Positions 31,300 to 40,038 of a stretch of 64,000 bases of DNA are shown here, in pieces. The DNA comes from Candidatus Magasanikbacteria bacterium CG10_big_fil_rev_8_21_14_0_10_36_32. Lineage in GTDB: Bacteria > Patescibacteriota > Patescibacteriia > Magasanikbacterales > GWA2-37-8. The notes under the pieces are model-generated. The model made no database searches. It saw only the letters and a program-made list of their open reading frames with translations, and was not told the DNA's origin. Both the position numbers and the translations under genes were made by a program. The number at the start of each line of letters is the position of its first letter. Position 1 is the first letter of the stretch. The stretch spans positions 239,766-303,765 of the forward strand of contig PFBV01000003.1 in NCBI GenBank assembly GCA_002778465.1, in the 5' to 3' direction.

Positions 31300-32162
31300 A
31301 TAATCATTCCTTCTCTGTCTTCATTGTCGCCTTTTAAAATATAAACATCGTAATGAAAATTATCTTCACCAACCAGTTCCGCCTCGCCTTTTACAATTGT
31401 TTCAAACGGGCGACAATTTGGACAACCACCATCGCCTTGCGGACATTTAAAACGTCCCAACTGACGAGCTAATTTTATTTTTAAAGCAATATCCAATACG
31501 CTTTTTTCCGCTTCGTCCAAAGTCGGTAATTTTTTTTCGGTCAATTCATCATTCCTGTCCAAATACCAATAGCTAGCTTTACTAACTGGTCGTTTTTGAC
31601 AATGATGAACCAATAAATGATAAATCGGCAATTGTAGTGATTCCGCTTCTTCATCGCTTTTCCCAGTTTTAAAATCAATAATATGAACACTATCTGTTTC
31701 CGGCAAATATTCCAACCAATCAATTTTCCCGCATAAAATAATATTTTCTTCTTCAGACAACCAAAAATAAGGCAAATCCATTTGAATTTTTACCGACAAG
31801 CCAACTATCGGTCCTGGGTAATTCATAATCCGACGCAACATTTCCTGTCCACGCTGTTTATAATGGTATTCATTGTCACTATTATGAAAACCACCTCTTG
31901 TTCCTTCAATTTTTTTCCAAGCTTGATCAAATTTTTCCAATAATGGCACGGAAAATCTCTTTTCTTTTGGTAAAATAGAAAGTGATTCTACCACTTCATG
32001 TACTGCCTGACCTAAAGCCAATGACGGTGACATTAATTTTATTTTATGATTATTTTTTGGATCACGATAAACATTTTTCAAAAAATAAGCGCGCGGACAA
32101 CGCAAAAAATCACTAATAGAAGTGTGTGAAACCCAAACGGCTGAATATTTATCTGGCGGCAT
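31296..32162 (-). CDS. PD-(D/E)xK nuclease, Cas4/RecB-like with 4-Cys Fe-S cluster
   Basis: Motifs GKIDWLEY, IIDFKTGK, QLPIYHLL; Cys in LRCPRAYF plus CPQGDGGCPNC. Confidence 0.7.
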   Translation of the reverse strand: MPPDKYSAVWVSHTSISDFLRCPRAYFLKNVYRDPKNNHKIKLMSPSLALGQAVHEVVESLSILPKEKRFSVPLLEKFDQAWKKIEGTRGGFHNSDNEYHYKQRGQEMLRRIMNYPGPIVGLSVKIQMDLPYFWLSEEENIILCGKIDWLEYLPETDSVHIIDFKTGKSDEEAESLQLPIYHLLVHHCQKRPVSKASYWYLDRNDELTEKKLPTLDEAEKSVLDIALKIKLARQLGRFKCPQGDGGCPNCRPFETIVKGEAELVGEDNFHYDVYILKGDNEDREGMII

Positions 32163-32165
32163 AGA

Positions 32166-32756
32166 TTATTTATTTAATAATTTTTTAATTTCTTCTTTTA
32201 TTTTTTCCCAAGGAAAAGCCGGACCCGGATCAATTTTTCTGCCAATCGGGCGAGCGACATTTTCATGTCCGGTAATATTTTCCAAAGTAATCTGAGGAAA
32301 CCGTTCCATTATATATATAGTAAGCTGGATAACTGCTTCAATCTGAATATCGGAATATTTTTCCCAAAAACTTCCTTTTTCATCTTGAAAAACATTTGTT
32401 CCTAAAAATTTTTGCTGGCGTTCAGGACGTCCGCAAAAATAATCATCGCCAACTTTTCGTAACGGACCCCAATTACAAATTTCAATACCGACGGAAAAAT
32501 CATTCACATTAGTTATACCGTTCCACTCGGAAACACCGGCATGTTTAGCTCGATCTTCCATTTGAACCATTTGAATTATATTTCCATCTCGGTCGACAAT
32601 AAAATGAGCTGATACTCCGTCCGGACGATGAAAAATTTCCACACACGATTCAGCTGGTCCGCCTTCAGTATAATGATAAACGATTACCGAACAGGGAATT
32701 TCTCGTCCGGGGAAAAAATTTTGACTGGGAGTAAATTTTTTTTCTATTTCCATCAT
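32166..32756 (-). CDS. N-acetylmuramoyl-L-alanine amidase (Amidase_2/AmpD-like)
   Basis: SAHFIVDRDG...AKHAGVSEWNG...VGIEICN pattern of zinc amidases. Confidence 0.7.
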   Translation of the reverse strand: MMEIEKKFTPSQNFFPGREIPCSVIVYHYTEGGPAESCVEIFHRPDGVSAHFIVDRDGNIIQMVQMEDRAKHAGVSEWNGITNVNDFSVGIEICNWGPLRKVGDDYFCGRPERQQKFLGTNVFQDEKGSFWEKYSDIQIEAVIQLTIYIMERFPQITLENITGHENVARPIGRKIDPGPAFPWEKIKEEIKKLLNK

Positions 32757-32810
32757 ATTATATTGTTTATATTCTACACTGCTTAAACCGCCTCGTCAAA
32801 ATAGCTTGAT

Positions 32811-32858
32811 AATAAAAAACCACCCCGGAAAACCAAGGTGGTCAGATTTTAGAAAGAA
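32811..32858 (-). terminator. Intrinsic terminator; copy 1 of a 48-bp direct repeat
   Basis: Minus-strand hairpin GACCACC-ttggttttccgg-GGTGGT followed by a T-run; near-identical to 33508-33556. Confidence 0.7.
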
Positions 32859-32863
32859 CGAGA

Positions 32864-33406
32864 TTACTTTGGGACGGCGAGAAAACGATAATAAATATAC
32901 CAAACATTAAGATACTTTTCCATATGAAGAACACGCCTATCAGTGTCCCCATCAAGACAGGGCACATAGCTGTAGCCGGACGATGCTTGTTTGTAAACAG
33001 AGCCAAGAGCGATGATTGGAAACTGTCGTTGAATTTCTGGTAACTTTGCCCCAAAAGCGAGCATTTCCTGTAATGTCGCCGGACGCAATCCAAGTGCATC
33101 CAATTCAGTCAGTACATCTGCAGATTCAATAGGATGATCATTAAAATTAACAAGCTGGAAAAGAACTTCTATTTTTCCACTGTTTGTGACAGTAAAATTC
33201 TTGATGTCACTGGCGGAAATGTTGAAATGGCTATCATAGTTTCCAGCCGCAATCATCTGATCAGACGGCATATCATAGTCCACGGTGACTAGACCATAAA
33301 CATCAATCTTCAACGCCGATTTAATACTTGGTCCTTGGCTAGCGCCACAGCCAGAAATGGACAGAATCACGAACACTATCAGAGCGAAAAACATCCCCTT
33401 TTTCAT
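32864..33406 (-). CDS. Hypothetical lipoprotein, GC-shifted
   Basis: Signal peptide with lipobox ILSISGC; AAAGGAG SD; promoter TTGATA...TATATA upstream; higher GC than flanks. Confidence 0.6.
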   Translation of the reverse strand: MKKGMFFALIVFVILSISGCGASQGPSIKSALKIDVYGLVTVDYDMPSDQMIAAGNYDSHFNISASDIKNFTVTNSGKIEVLFQLVNFNDHPIESADVLTELDALGLRPATLQEMLAFGAKLPEIQRQFPIIALGSVYKQASSGYSYVPCLDGDTDRRVLHMEKYLNVWYIYYRFLAVPK

Positions 33407-33507
33407 CTACTTCTCCTTTTTGATTCGCCAACTGGCAAATCGGTTAAAAAGAACAATGTTCCACATATATATCATATTAGAGGTGGGTTATCAAGGGGAC
33501 GGTTGTG

Positions 33508-33556
33508 AATAAAAAAACCACCCCGGAAAACCAAGGTGGTCAGATTTTAGAAAGAA
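33508..33556 (-). terminator. Intrinsic terminator; copy 2 of the 48-bp direct repeat
   Basis: Same hairpin and T-run as 32811-32858, with one extra A. Confidence 0.7.
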
Positions 33557-33562
33557 CTAAAA

Positions 33563-34135
33563 CTATTCGTCGCAGAGCTCCAACAGCTCTTTCAACAGAG
33601 GTTCGCTGATTAGCGGACGAGCGGTAGACAAGAATTCTTCCGGCTGAACTCTCTGTCCGCTATCTTTGTAATAACGGGCCTGGAGAACCGCCTCAATCTT
33701 ATCAAGCTGACGAACGATACGGGCTTCTGGTGTAGACTGTTCCTCAAATTCAATCCAAAGATTGAGATATTCATTGCCACCAGGAATTTTGGCAAAAATA
33801 CTTTCCATCACGGACAACTCGGCAACTTGCTTTTTCAACTCCATCTTCCGTTTTCGCGCGCCACGCTCCGTCTCAGTGACAATGTCGCCGGTAACACTTT
33901 CCGCCAAATCATGAATCAAAGCCATCTTAATCATTTTCAACTGATCCAGATTGAACATTTCCGCAACCAACATGGCCATAAAAGAGATGGAAAAACTATG
34001 GTCAGCCACACTTTCAGCGTTTTTTACAACGCGTCGTTTCCACTTCTCATTTTTTCTCGGCTTCTTGTTCCAGCCGGTTCGAACCGTCGCTTTCAGTTTT
34101 AAAATTGTCTGCATTATTTCAAAGAACTTTTCCAT
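33563..34135 (-). CDS. HD-domain phosphohydrolase (YfbR-like 5'-deoxynucleotidase)
   Basis: H...HD motif (ADHSFS... ALIHDLAESVTGD); GAGGAGG SD; consensus promoter 34160-34188 on minus strand. Confidence 0.7.
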   Translation of the reverse strand: MEKFFEIMQTILKLKATVRTGWNKKPRKNEKWKRRVVKNAESVADHSFSISFMAMLVAEMFNLDQLKMIKMALIHDLAESVTGDIVTETERGARKRKMELKKQVAELSVMESIFAKIPGGNEYLNLWIEFEEQSTPEARIVRQLDKIEAVLQARYYKDSGQRVQPEEFLSTARPLISEPLLKELLELCDE

Positions 34136-34289
34136 TATATCCTCCTCTTTGTTATCAACAACATAGCACTTTTTTACTGTTTTGTCAACTATTTAACTAT
34201 AAAATAACTAATTTTATCAAAAAATAATTTTTGACCAACATTGTGTGTCGTGTTATGATTAATCTAAATAAATTATAAATATAAAAATA

Positions 34290-34463
34290 TGCCGCAAAAA
34301 ATACCATCGGAAACACCGCCGGCTTGGATGATAGAAAAAATAAAAAAAGAGGAAGAACGAAAACAAAGAGAACAAGGGTGTCCTCAGCCGGAAATTCCTC
34401 TTTACGATGAACCTCCTCGCGAATCAAATAAAAAAGATGATGAAACTTGGTTTCAAATATAAA
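34290..34463 (+). CDS. Hypothetical small protein (57 aa)
   Basis: Promoter TTGACC 34233 / TATGAT about 17 nt later; ORF followed by hairpin terminator 34466-34500; no clear SD. Confidence 0.3.
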
Positions 34464-34498
34464 TAAAAATTCCGGCTTTCAAACCGGAATTTTGTTTT

Positions 34499-35134
34499 TT
34501 AATATTTCAATGTTTTTGTTCCTCGTTTCACTTCTTTGTTTTTTGGTTTTTGTTCAGAATGTTTTCTTTTATATTCTTTACTGGTTATACCACGTTGAAA
34601 TTTTCGAGAAAGCATACCTGTCCGAACAACTTTAATATCTTTTTGTTCTCGCGTTTTCTTTACCGGAGAATCTAAAACAACTCCGCCACCACTTTCTTCA
34701 GAGCCATCTCCATAACTTTCGTTCAATAATTTCTCCGTACTGTCATTAAAAAATTCATCAGTTTCGTCTTCATCTTCTTCCAGCGCAACAAGTCTTTCTT
34801 GTTCGCGGCTTTTGTCTAACTCAACCGCCATTCTATCTTCAACAGTTAAATATTCTCCACTTTCTCCTTCAGGAGATTCAGAAATTTCATTTAAATTAAC
34901 ATGGCGACCCGGACCTCTTAATGATTCTTCGGCTTCAACTTCTTCAATCGGCCTAAACTCATCGGAAATATATCCGCGACCTCCCAACAAACCTTTGGTT
35001 TCAGACACGGCTGCGCGACGTAGATTTATATCTAACCCCCCTCGTTTGTTTTCACGCATATATTTTAAATAGTTAAAGTAATTTTCATCACCATTATATA
35101 GGTGCAAATTATTGTTGTCAATGACTCTGTCCAC
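34499..35134 (-). CDS. Hypothetical acidic low-complexity protein
   Basis: 211-aa ORF, GTG start, Glu/Asp-rich; start uncertain. Confidence 0.4.
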   Translation of the reverse strand: MDRVIDNNNLHLYNGDENYFNYLKYMRENKRGGLDINLRRAAVSETKGLLGGRGYISDEFRPIEEVEAEESLRGPGRHVNLNEISESPEGESGEYLTVEDRMAVELDKSREQERLVALEEDEDETDEFFNDSTEKLLNESYGDGSEESGGGVVLDSPVKKTREQKDIKVVRTGMLSRKFQRGITSKEYKRKHSEQKPKNKEVKRGTKTLKY

Positions 35135-35377
35135 AAAAAGTTATCCACAACCATTACTACCTTGCCTGTTGATTGTTTTTAGCCTTATTTTTTGCCTAAA
35201 TTATGAGAATAAATCACTCGCTTTAAACCCATATTTGATCAAATTTTTACATTTGTTTACATGATTTATTGATTTTATTTTACTGTTTGTATACACTTGT
35301 GTATACAAAAATATTTAATAATTTAGATACTTTTCCGCTAAAATTAGCTAAAAAACACTAAAATTACCTACCCCCCT

Positions 35378-35406
35378 TGACAAAACCATAAAAATGTGCT
35401 ATAATA
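35378..35406 (+). promoter_or_regulatory. Consensus sigma70 promoter (TTGACAAAAC...TGCTATAAT) of an orphan unit
   Basis: -35 at 35378, 17-nt spacer, TATAAT at 35401; no ORF of 60 aa or more before the terminator near 35690-35720. Confidence 0.6.
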
Positions 35407-35797
35407 CCTCTTGTAGTTAAGATGAACTACGGGCACATTAAAAAAATAATTCCTAAACTACTTCAACTTCAAGTCGGTTTACCACAGCAAAAAATACATA
35501 TTCAATGCCATGGCATTCTGACTTCTTCAGGGCTCACTCCAATAATATTGAATGTCTTCATATGAAGCTTTCAATCAGGAGGATACCCAGAGGCGGTTGG
35601 GAATTCAATTATCTGCAAGTTTGTAGATCTTCAATTCCGCAAGGAGTTATCATCTCAACCGCAGATTAACTAAAAGGGCAAGGCCTTGTAATAATATATA
35701 ATCGGGTCAATGCCCTTTTTTGTTTTTTAAAATATACAAAATACTTGACGTACCAAGCAATTTTCAGATATAATTCACTGGTTAGAATTTGATTTAA

Positions 35798-36202
35798 GTG
35801 AAATATAATATGTTATTAAAAAAATCCGGTTTTTCAAAAGATTTTTTAGAATCTATTGAGAAACGATTGATTGAACAAAAAACCAGAATGGAAAATGAGT
35901 TATTAAAATTTTCTACAAAAAATCCGCATGTGGCTGGGGATTATGACAGTTCTTTTCCAAATTTAGGAGACAAGGAAGATGAAAATGCGGCTGAAGTGGC
36001 AGAACATCTTAATAATCTTCCAATTGAAGAAGGTTTGGAAAAAAGTCTGCGTGATTTAAATAAATCTTTGGAAAATATTAAAAAAGGAACATACGGTTTC
36101 TGTAAATATTGCAAAAAACCAATTGAAGAAAAAAGATTGTTGGCTCGTCCGACTTCTAGCGCTTGTATTGAATGCAAGAAAGCCATCACCCAAGAACTGT
36201 AA
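35798..36202 (+). CDS. DksA/TraR family C4-type zinc-finger protein
   Basis: C-terminal CKYCKKPIEEKRLLARPTSSACIECK four-Cys finger; promoter TTGACG 35750 / TATAAT. Confidence 0.75.
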   Translation: MKYNMLLKKSGFSKDFLESIEKRLIEQKTRMENELLKFSTKNPHVAGDYDSSFPNLGDKEDENAAEVAEHLNNLPIEEGLEKSLRDLNKSLENIKKGTYGFCKYCKKPIEEKRLLARPTSSACIECKKAITQEL

Positions 36203-36203
36203 T

Positions 36204-36644
36204 ATGACTTCAAAAATCCGTTGGTTGTTATTTCTAACCGGCGGATTTTTTTTATTGGCTGACCGATTATTCAAATATGCCGCTTTACATAGTTGGCCGA
36301 GTAAAAATTATTTAACCGATTGGTTCGGTTGGTCGCCTTGGAAAAATAGCGGAGCAATTTTCGGACTGCCAATTTCTTCTCAAATAATTATCACTTGTTC
36401 AATTCCTCTGATTATTTTGGTTATTTTTTTGTTTATTAAACAACGCCACGATTTATTTTCACAGATTGGTTTATATTTTATGTTTTTGGGCGCTGTTTCT
36501 AATCTTTTTGACAGAATATTTTATCATTCCACCATTGATTATTTTCTTATTATGACGGGAATAATCAATTTGGCCGACATTCTCATTTTAACCGGCGCCG
36601 TTTTATTTTGCTGGAATAATTTTAAAAAAACTAATAAACAATAA
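36204..36644 (+). CDS. lspA: Lipoprotein signal peptidase II
   Basis: NSGAIFG, NLFDR and NLAD conserved blocks; ATG 1 nt after the dksA-like stop. Confidence 0.8.
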   Translation: MTSKIRWLLFLTGGFFLLADRLFKYAALHSWPSKNYLTDWFGWSPWKNSGAIFGLPISSQIIITCSIPLIILVIFLFIKQRHDLFSQIGLYFMFLGAVSNLFDRIFYHSTIDYFLIMTGIINLADILILTGAVLFCWNNFKKTNKQ

Positions 36645-36645
36645 C

Positions 36646-38160
36646 ATGTTTTTAAAACTCAACTCCGCCGCAATCATGGGACTTGAATGCCGGCCAATCG
36701 ATGTAGAAATAGATTTAAATAAAGGCCAAACAACTTTTAACATTGTCGGCTTACCGGACACTTCAATTCAAGAAGCCAAGGAACGCATTCAGTCCGCCTT
36801 AAAAAATTCCGAATATACTTATCCGTTTAATTTTCGTATTGTGGTCAATTTGGCGCCAGCCGACTTGCACAAAGAGGGCCCGATGTATGATTTGCCAATG
36901 GCTTTGGGAATCGTTGCTATCAATCAAAACTTAGAACTAAAACTGGACGACGCTATTATAGTCGGAGAATTGTCTTTGGACGGATTAGTCCGACGAGTCA
37001 ATGGTATTTTGCCATTGGCAATATTCGCCAAAGAACATGGATTTAAAAAATTATATGTGCCGGAAGACAATGTGGTTGAAGCGGCACTGATTGAAGAACT
37101 GGAAATTTATCCGGTAAAAACTTTGCAACAAATTCTTAATCATATAAAAGGCGTTGAACTTATTAAACCACACCGACAAAATAATAATTGGAATGATTTT
37201 GGCGATACGGATTGTGAAATGGATATGTCTATGATTAAAGGACAAGAATTCGCCAAACGAGCGGTGGAAATCGCCGCCAGCGGAGGGCACAATATTTTAA
37301 TGAGTGGTCCGCCAGGTTCAGGTAAAACTTTGTTAGCCCGTTCACTTCCATCTATTCTCCCTTCTTTAAATCTTGAGGAAGCGTTGGAAGTTACAAAAAT
37401 TTATTCAGTTGCCGGATTGCTTAAAGAAAATTTTATCAAAACACGTCCTTTTCGCGCACCGCACCACACCATTTCCAACGTGGCTTTGGTTGGCGGAGGA
37501 AAATTTCCCCGGCCGGGAGAAATTTCTTTGGCACACCGCGGAGTGCTGTTTTTAGACGAATTCCCCGAGTTTCCGCGAACTGTGCTTGAAACCCTGCGCC
37601 AACCTCTTGAAGATGGCGTAGTGACCATTTCACGCGCTCAGGGCACTCTTACGTTTCCAGCGCGGTTTGTGTTGGTGGCAAGTCAAAATCCTTGTCCTTG
37701 CGGTTATTCCTCCGATCCTGAACATCAGTGCACCTGCTCACAAACACAAATTGTCGCTTATAAAAAGAAGGTCAGCGGACCATTGTTGGATAGAATTGAT
37801 TTACATGTTGAAGTGCCGAGAATTAAATTTGAAAAATTATCATCTGACGAACTTGGAGAAGCATCATCTAAAATTAGGGAACGAGTGCAAAAAGCCAGAG
37901 AAATACAAAATAACCGTTTCCGAGGTCGGCCGATAAAAACCAACAGCGAAATGCGAAATGCTGATATTCGTGAATTTTGCCAAGTGGATGAAACAACGCT
38001 TGAATTGCTAAAATCAGCCGTCAACCAAATACATCTTTCCGCCCGAGCTTATAACCGCATTCTAAAAATCGCCCGAACCATCGCCGATTTATCCGGTTGT
38101 AAAGACGTGAAACTTGAACACGTCGCTGAGGCGTTGCAATACCGCGCCAAAACAGAGTAA
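36646..38160 (+). CDS. comM: YifB/ComM family Mg-chelatase-like AAA+ ATPase
   Basis: N-terminal Lon-like domain; Walker A GPPGSGKT; C-terminal ChlI-like region. Confidence 0.9.
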   Translation: MFLKLNSAAIMGLECRPIDVEIDLNKGQTTFNIVGLPDTSIQEAKERIQSALKNSEYTYPFNFRIVVNLAPADLHKEGPMYDLPMALGIVAINQNLELKLDDAIIVGELSLDGLVRRVNGILPLAIFAKEHGFKKLYVPEDNVVEAALIEELEIYPVKTLQQILNHIKGVELIKPHRQNNNWNDFGDTDCEMDMSMIKGQEFAKRAVEIAASGGHNILMSGPPGSGKTLLARSLPSILPSLNLEEALEVTKIYSVAGLLKENFIKTRPFRAPHHTISNVALVGGGKFPRPGEISLAHRGVLFLDEFPEFPRTVLETLRQPLEDGVVTISRAQGTLTFPARFVLVASQNPCPCGYSSDPEHQCTCSQTQIVAYKKKVSGPLLDRIDLHVEVPRIKFEKLSSDELGEASSKIRERVQKAREIQNNRFRGRPIKTNSEMRNADIREFCQVDETTLELLKSAVNQIHLSARAYNRILKIARTIADLSGCKDVKLEHVAEALQYRAKTE

Positions 38161-38241
38161 ACTATATATTACATTTCACATAACATACATTTAACATACA
38201 TTTTTAGACTATTATCCAAAAACATTCCACATATTAACGAG

Positions 38242-38277
38242 TTATATTCAATCAGAAGTCGGCCTAAGAAAAAGCGC
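38242..38277. repeat. Left arm of imperfect inverted repeat (TCAGAAGTCGGCC ... GCGCGCGCG)
   Basis: Reverse complement present at 39355-39379; the two arms bracket CDS 38324-39352. Confidence 0.6.
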
Positions 38278-38323
38278 GCGCGAAACGATAAATTTATGGA
38301 GTTCAAAAATTCATTAGTATAAT

Positions 38324-39352
38324 ATGGATCATAAAGAGTATATTGCGATTTCAAAAGAAGTCGCAGAAAAATTGAATAAGCATTTGGAAAAATTTTGCAA
38401 AAAAAATCCTGCTTTTGGTTTAATCTTAAAAGAATATACTCAAAAAAGAATCCATCTTAACGGCATCCAATTTTACGCAGGATTTAAAGCCGCTAATTCA
38501 AAAGAAGATTTTGCAAAATTTTTCCATATTCCAATCGCAATAGAATGTATAATGCTTGCGGCTTACAAAACAAACAGGATCCTTGACCATAAGCAAGAAG
38601 TTTGGAGTTCTGAACAAAAAATTAAAGAAACTGTTTTTGGTGAAAAAATTTATTTGTCTTTGATTTTTGCACTCCTTGAAGACTCAAAAGAAAATCTCGG
38701 AGAAAAATATAACATAGTTAAGGATTTGATTCTTAATTTAATATCAAAAATTTATCAGGGGTTTTGGTTTGAACAGAATGATCTTAATGTTAATTTTTCT
38801 CCTCTGAACGAAATTCTGAAAAATTGGAGTTCCAAATACAAAAAAAGAAACATTCTTTTTAATGGAGTTTATGATTATTCTTCGTTAATTGGATTTTATA
38901 TCGGCTCTGGAAATAAGTCGGTTTTTGAAAAATTTGAAAATTACTTTAAAAATAAAGACAAAATGTCTCATTCTGCTCAAGTCGTAAATGACGTAAGTGA
39001 TTATTCTTCGGTATATGATGAAAATGTAAAATCTTATCAAGACGCATTTTCAGACATTAGAAATGGAATAATCACTCAACCAACATTTGAGCTTATCAAA
39101 GATAAAGTAATTTTAGATGCTCTCAAAAACCCCCAATTAACGAAAGATGTAAGCTGGAGAAAAAAAGTCATGGGTATTTTGATTAAAAAGAATGTTGTAG
39201 TAAAAATCAAAAAAGAAACTGAAAAGAGTTACGCCCAAAACATTAATTTTTGGAAAAAGATTATGAAAGTTGATTCAGAACTCCTCTTTAACACTTATTC
39301 AATTTTGTCTAGAAATAAATACTATCATGAATTTTTGAACTACAAAAAATAG
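38324..39352 (+). CDS. Hypothetical protein (342 aa) bracketed by inverted repeats
   Basis: Long AT-typical ORF; no recognisable catalytic motif (possible all-helical isoprenoid-synthase-like fold is speculative). Confidence 0.5.
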   Translation: MDHKEYIAISKEVAEKLNKHLEKFCKKNPAFGLILKEYTQKRIHLNGIQFYAGFKAANSKEDFAKFFHIPIAIECIMLAAYKTNRILDHKQEVWSSEQKIKETVFGEKIYLSLIFALLEDSKENLGEKYNIVKDLILNLISKIYQGFWFEQNDLNVNFSPLNEILKNWSSKYKKRNILFNGVYDYSSLIGFYIGSGNKSVFEKFENYFKNKDKMSHSAQVVNDVSDYSSVYDENVKSYQDAFSDIRNGIITQPTFELIKDKVILDALKNPQLTKDVSWRKKVMGILIKKNVVVKIKKETEKSYAQNINFWKKIMKVDSELLFNTYSILSRNKYYHEFLNYKK

Positions 39353-39354
39353 GC

Positions 39355-39379
39355 GCGCGCTAAAAATGAACGGCCGACT
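39355..39379. repeat. Right arm of inverted repeat (GCGCGCGC ... GGCCGACTTCTGA)
   Basis: 13/13 plus 8/8 bp complementary to 38242-38277, with an unpaired centre. Confidence 0.6.
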
Positions 39380-39565
39380 TCTGACTCTGAAATTTCCCTG
39401 CGGGACGTTGCACTAAATTTCAGCCCTCCGTGGGAACATAACAAGGGATATGAGGTTACGAAGTCTTGCAGACTTCTCCACCCAAATTGCTCCCGTTGGT
39501 CGCAAAAACATCGCATACGCTGGAACGTTATGTGAAATAAAATTGTTTTTAACATATACATACGT

Positions 39566-39982
39566 ATGGAAAACAAAATTAACAAATTTATCTATTGGAT
39601 TCCGAGAATTTTGTCTATTCTGTTTATTTTATTTCTGGCCATGTTTTCATTGGATGTTTTTGAAGAGGGATTAAGCGCCGGACAAATAGCGCTCGGATTA
39701 TTTATGCACAATATTCCTGTTTTATTTTTATTGGCAATTATAATAATTTCTTGGAAAAGCGAAGTGATCGGCGGAATTGTTTTTATTTTAGCCGGACTTT
39801 TTTACACCTGTATGGTCACCAAGGAAGTAATAATGTCATATCCACACCAATATTCTATACTGACATGGATACCAACAATTGCCGGTCCGGCGTTTCTTGT
39901 TGGAATTTTATTTCTCATCGGCTGGATGAAAAAAAGAAAATTAAAACATCCGACTGAAATTTTACCAAATCAAACAAAATAA
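39566..39982 (+). CDS. Hypothetical 4-TM membrane protein
   Basis: Four hydrophobic helices; bidirectional terminator 39988-40030. Confidence 0.5.
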   Translation: MENKINKFIYWIPRILSILFILFLAMFSLDVFEEGLSAGQIALGLFMHNIPVLFLLAIIIISWKSEVIGGIVFILAGLFYTCMVTKEVIMSYPHQYSILTWIPTIAGPAFLVGILFLIGWMKKRKLKHPTEILPNQTK

Positions 39983-40038
39983 AAAGCAATCAAAACAAAA
40001 AAGACCTCCATGTTCGGAGGTCTTTTTAAAAACTATAA

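Noticed and set aside
32811-33556. Interpreting the duplicated 48-bp element as integron attC sites
   Set aside because: There are no GTTRRRY/RYYYAAC core sites and no integrase nearby. The element is a simple GC hairpin plus T-run, so an intrinsic terminator repeat is the better reading.
38324-39352. Calling the inverted-repeat-bracketed gene a transposase
   Set aside because: There is no DDE, HUH or serine/tyrosine recombinase motif, no RuvC-like TnpB features and no target-site duplication next to the repeats.
39353-39560. RNase P RNA 3' conserved motif (ACAGAAxCCGGCUUA-like) at the CAGAAGTCGGCCTAAG repeat
   Set aside because: The similarity is limited to about 12 nt. No P4 or P10-12 elements are nearby, and the same sequence recurs as an inverted copy, which fits a repeat arm rather than an RNase P RNA.
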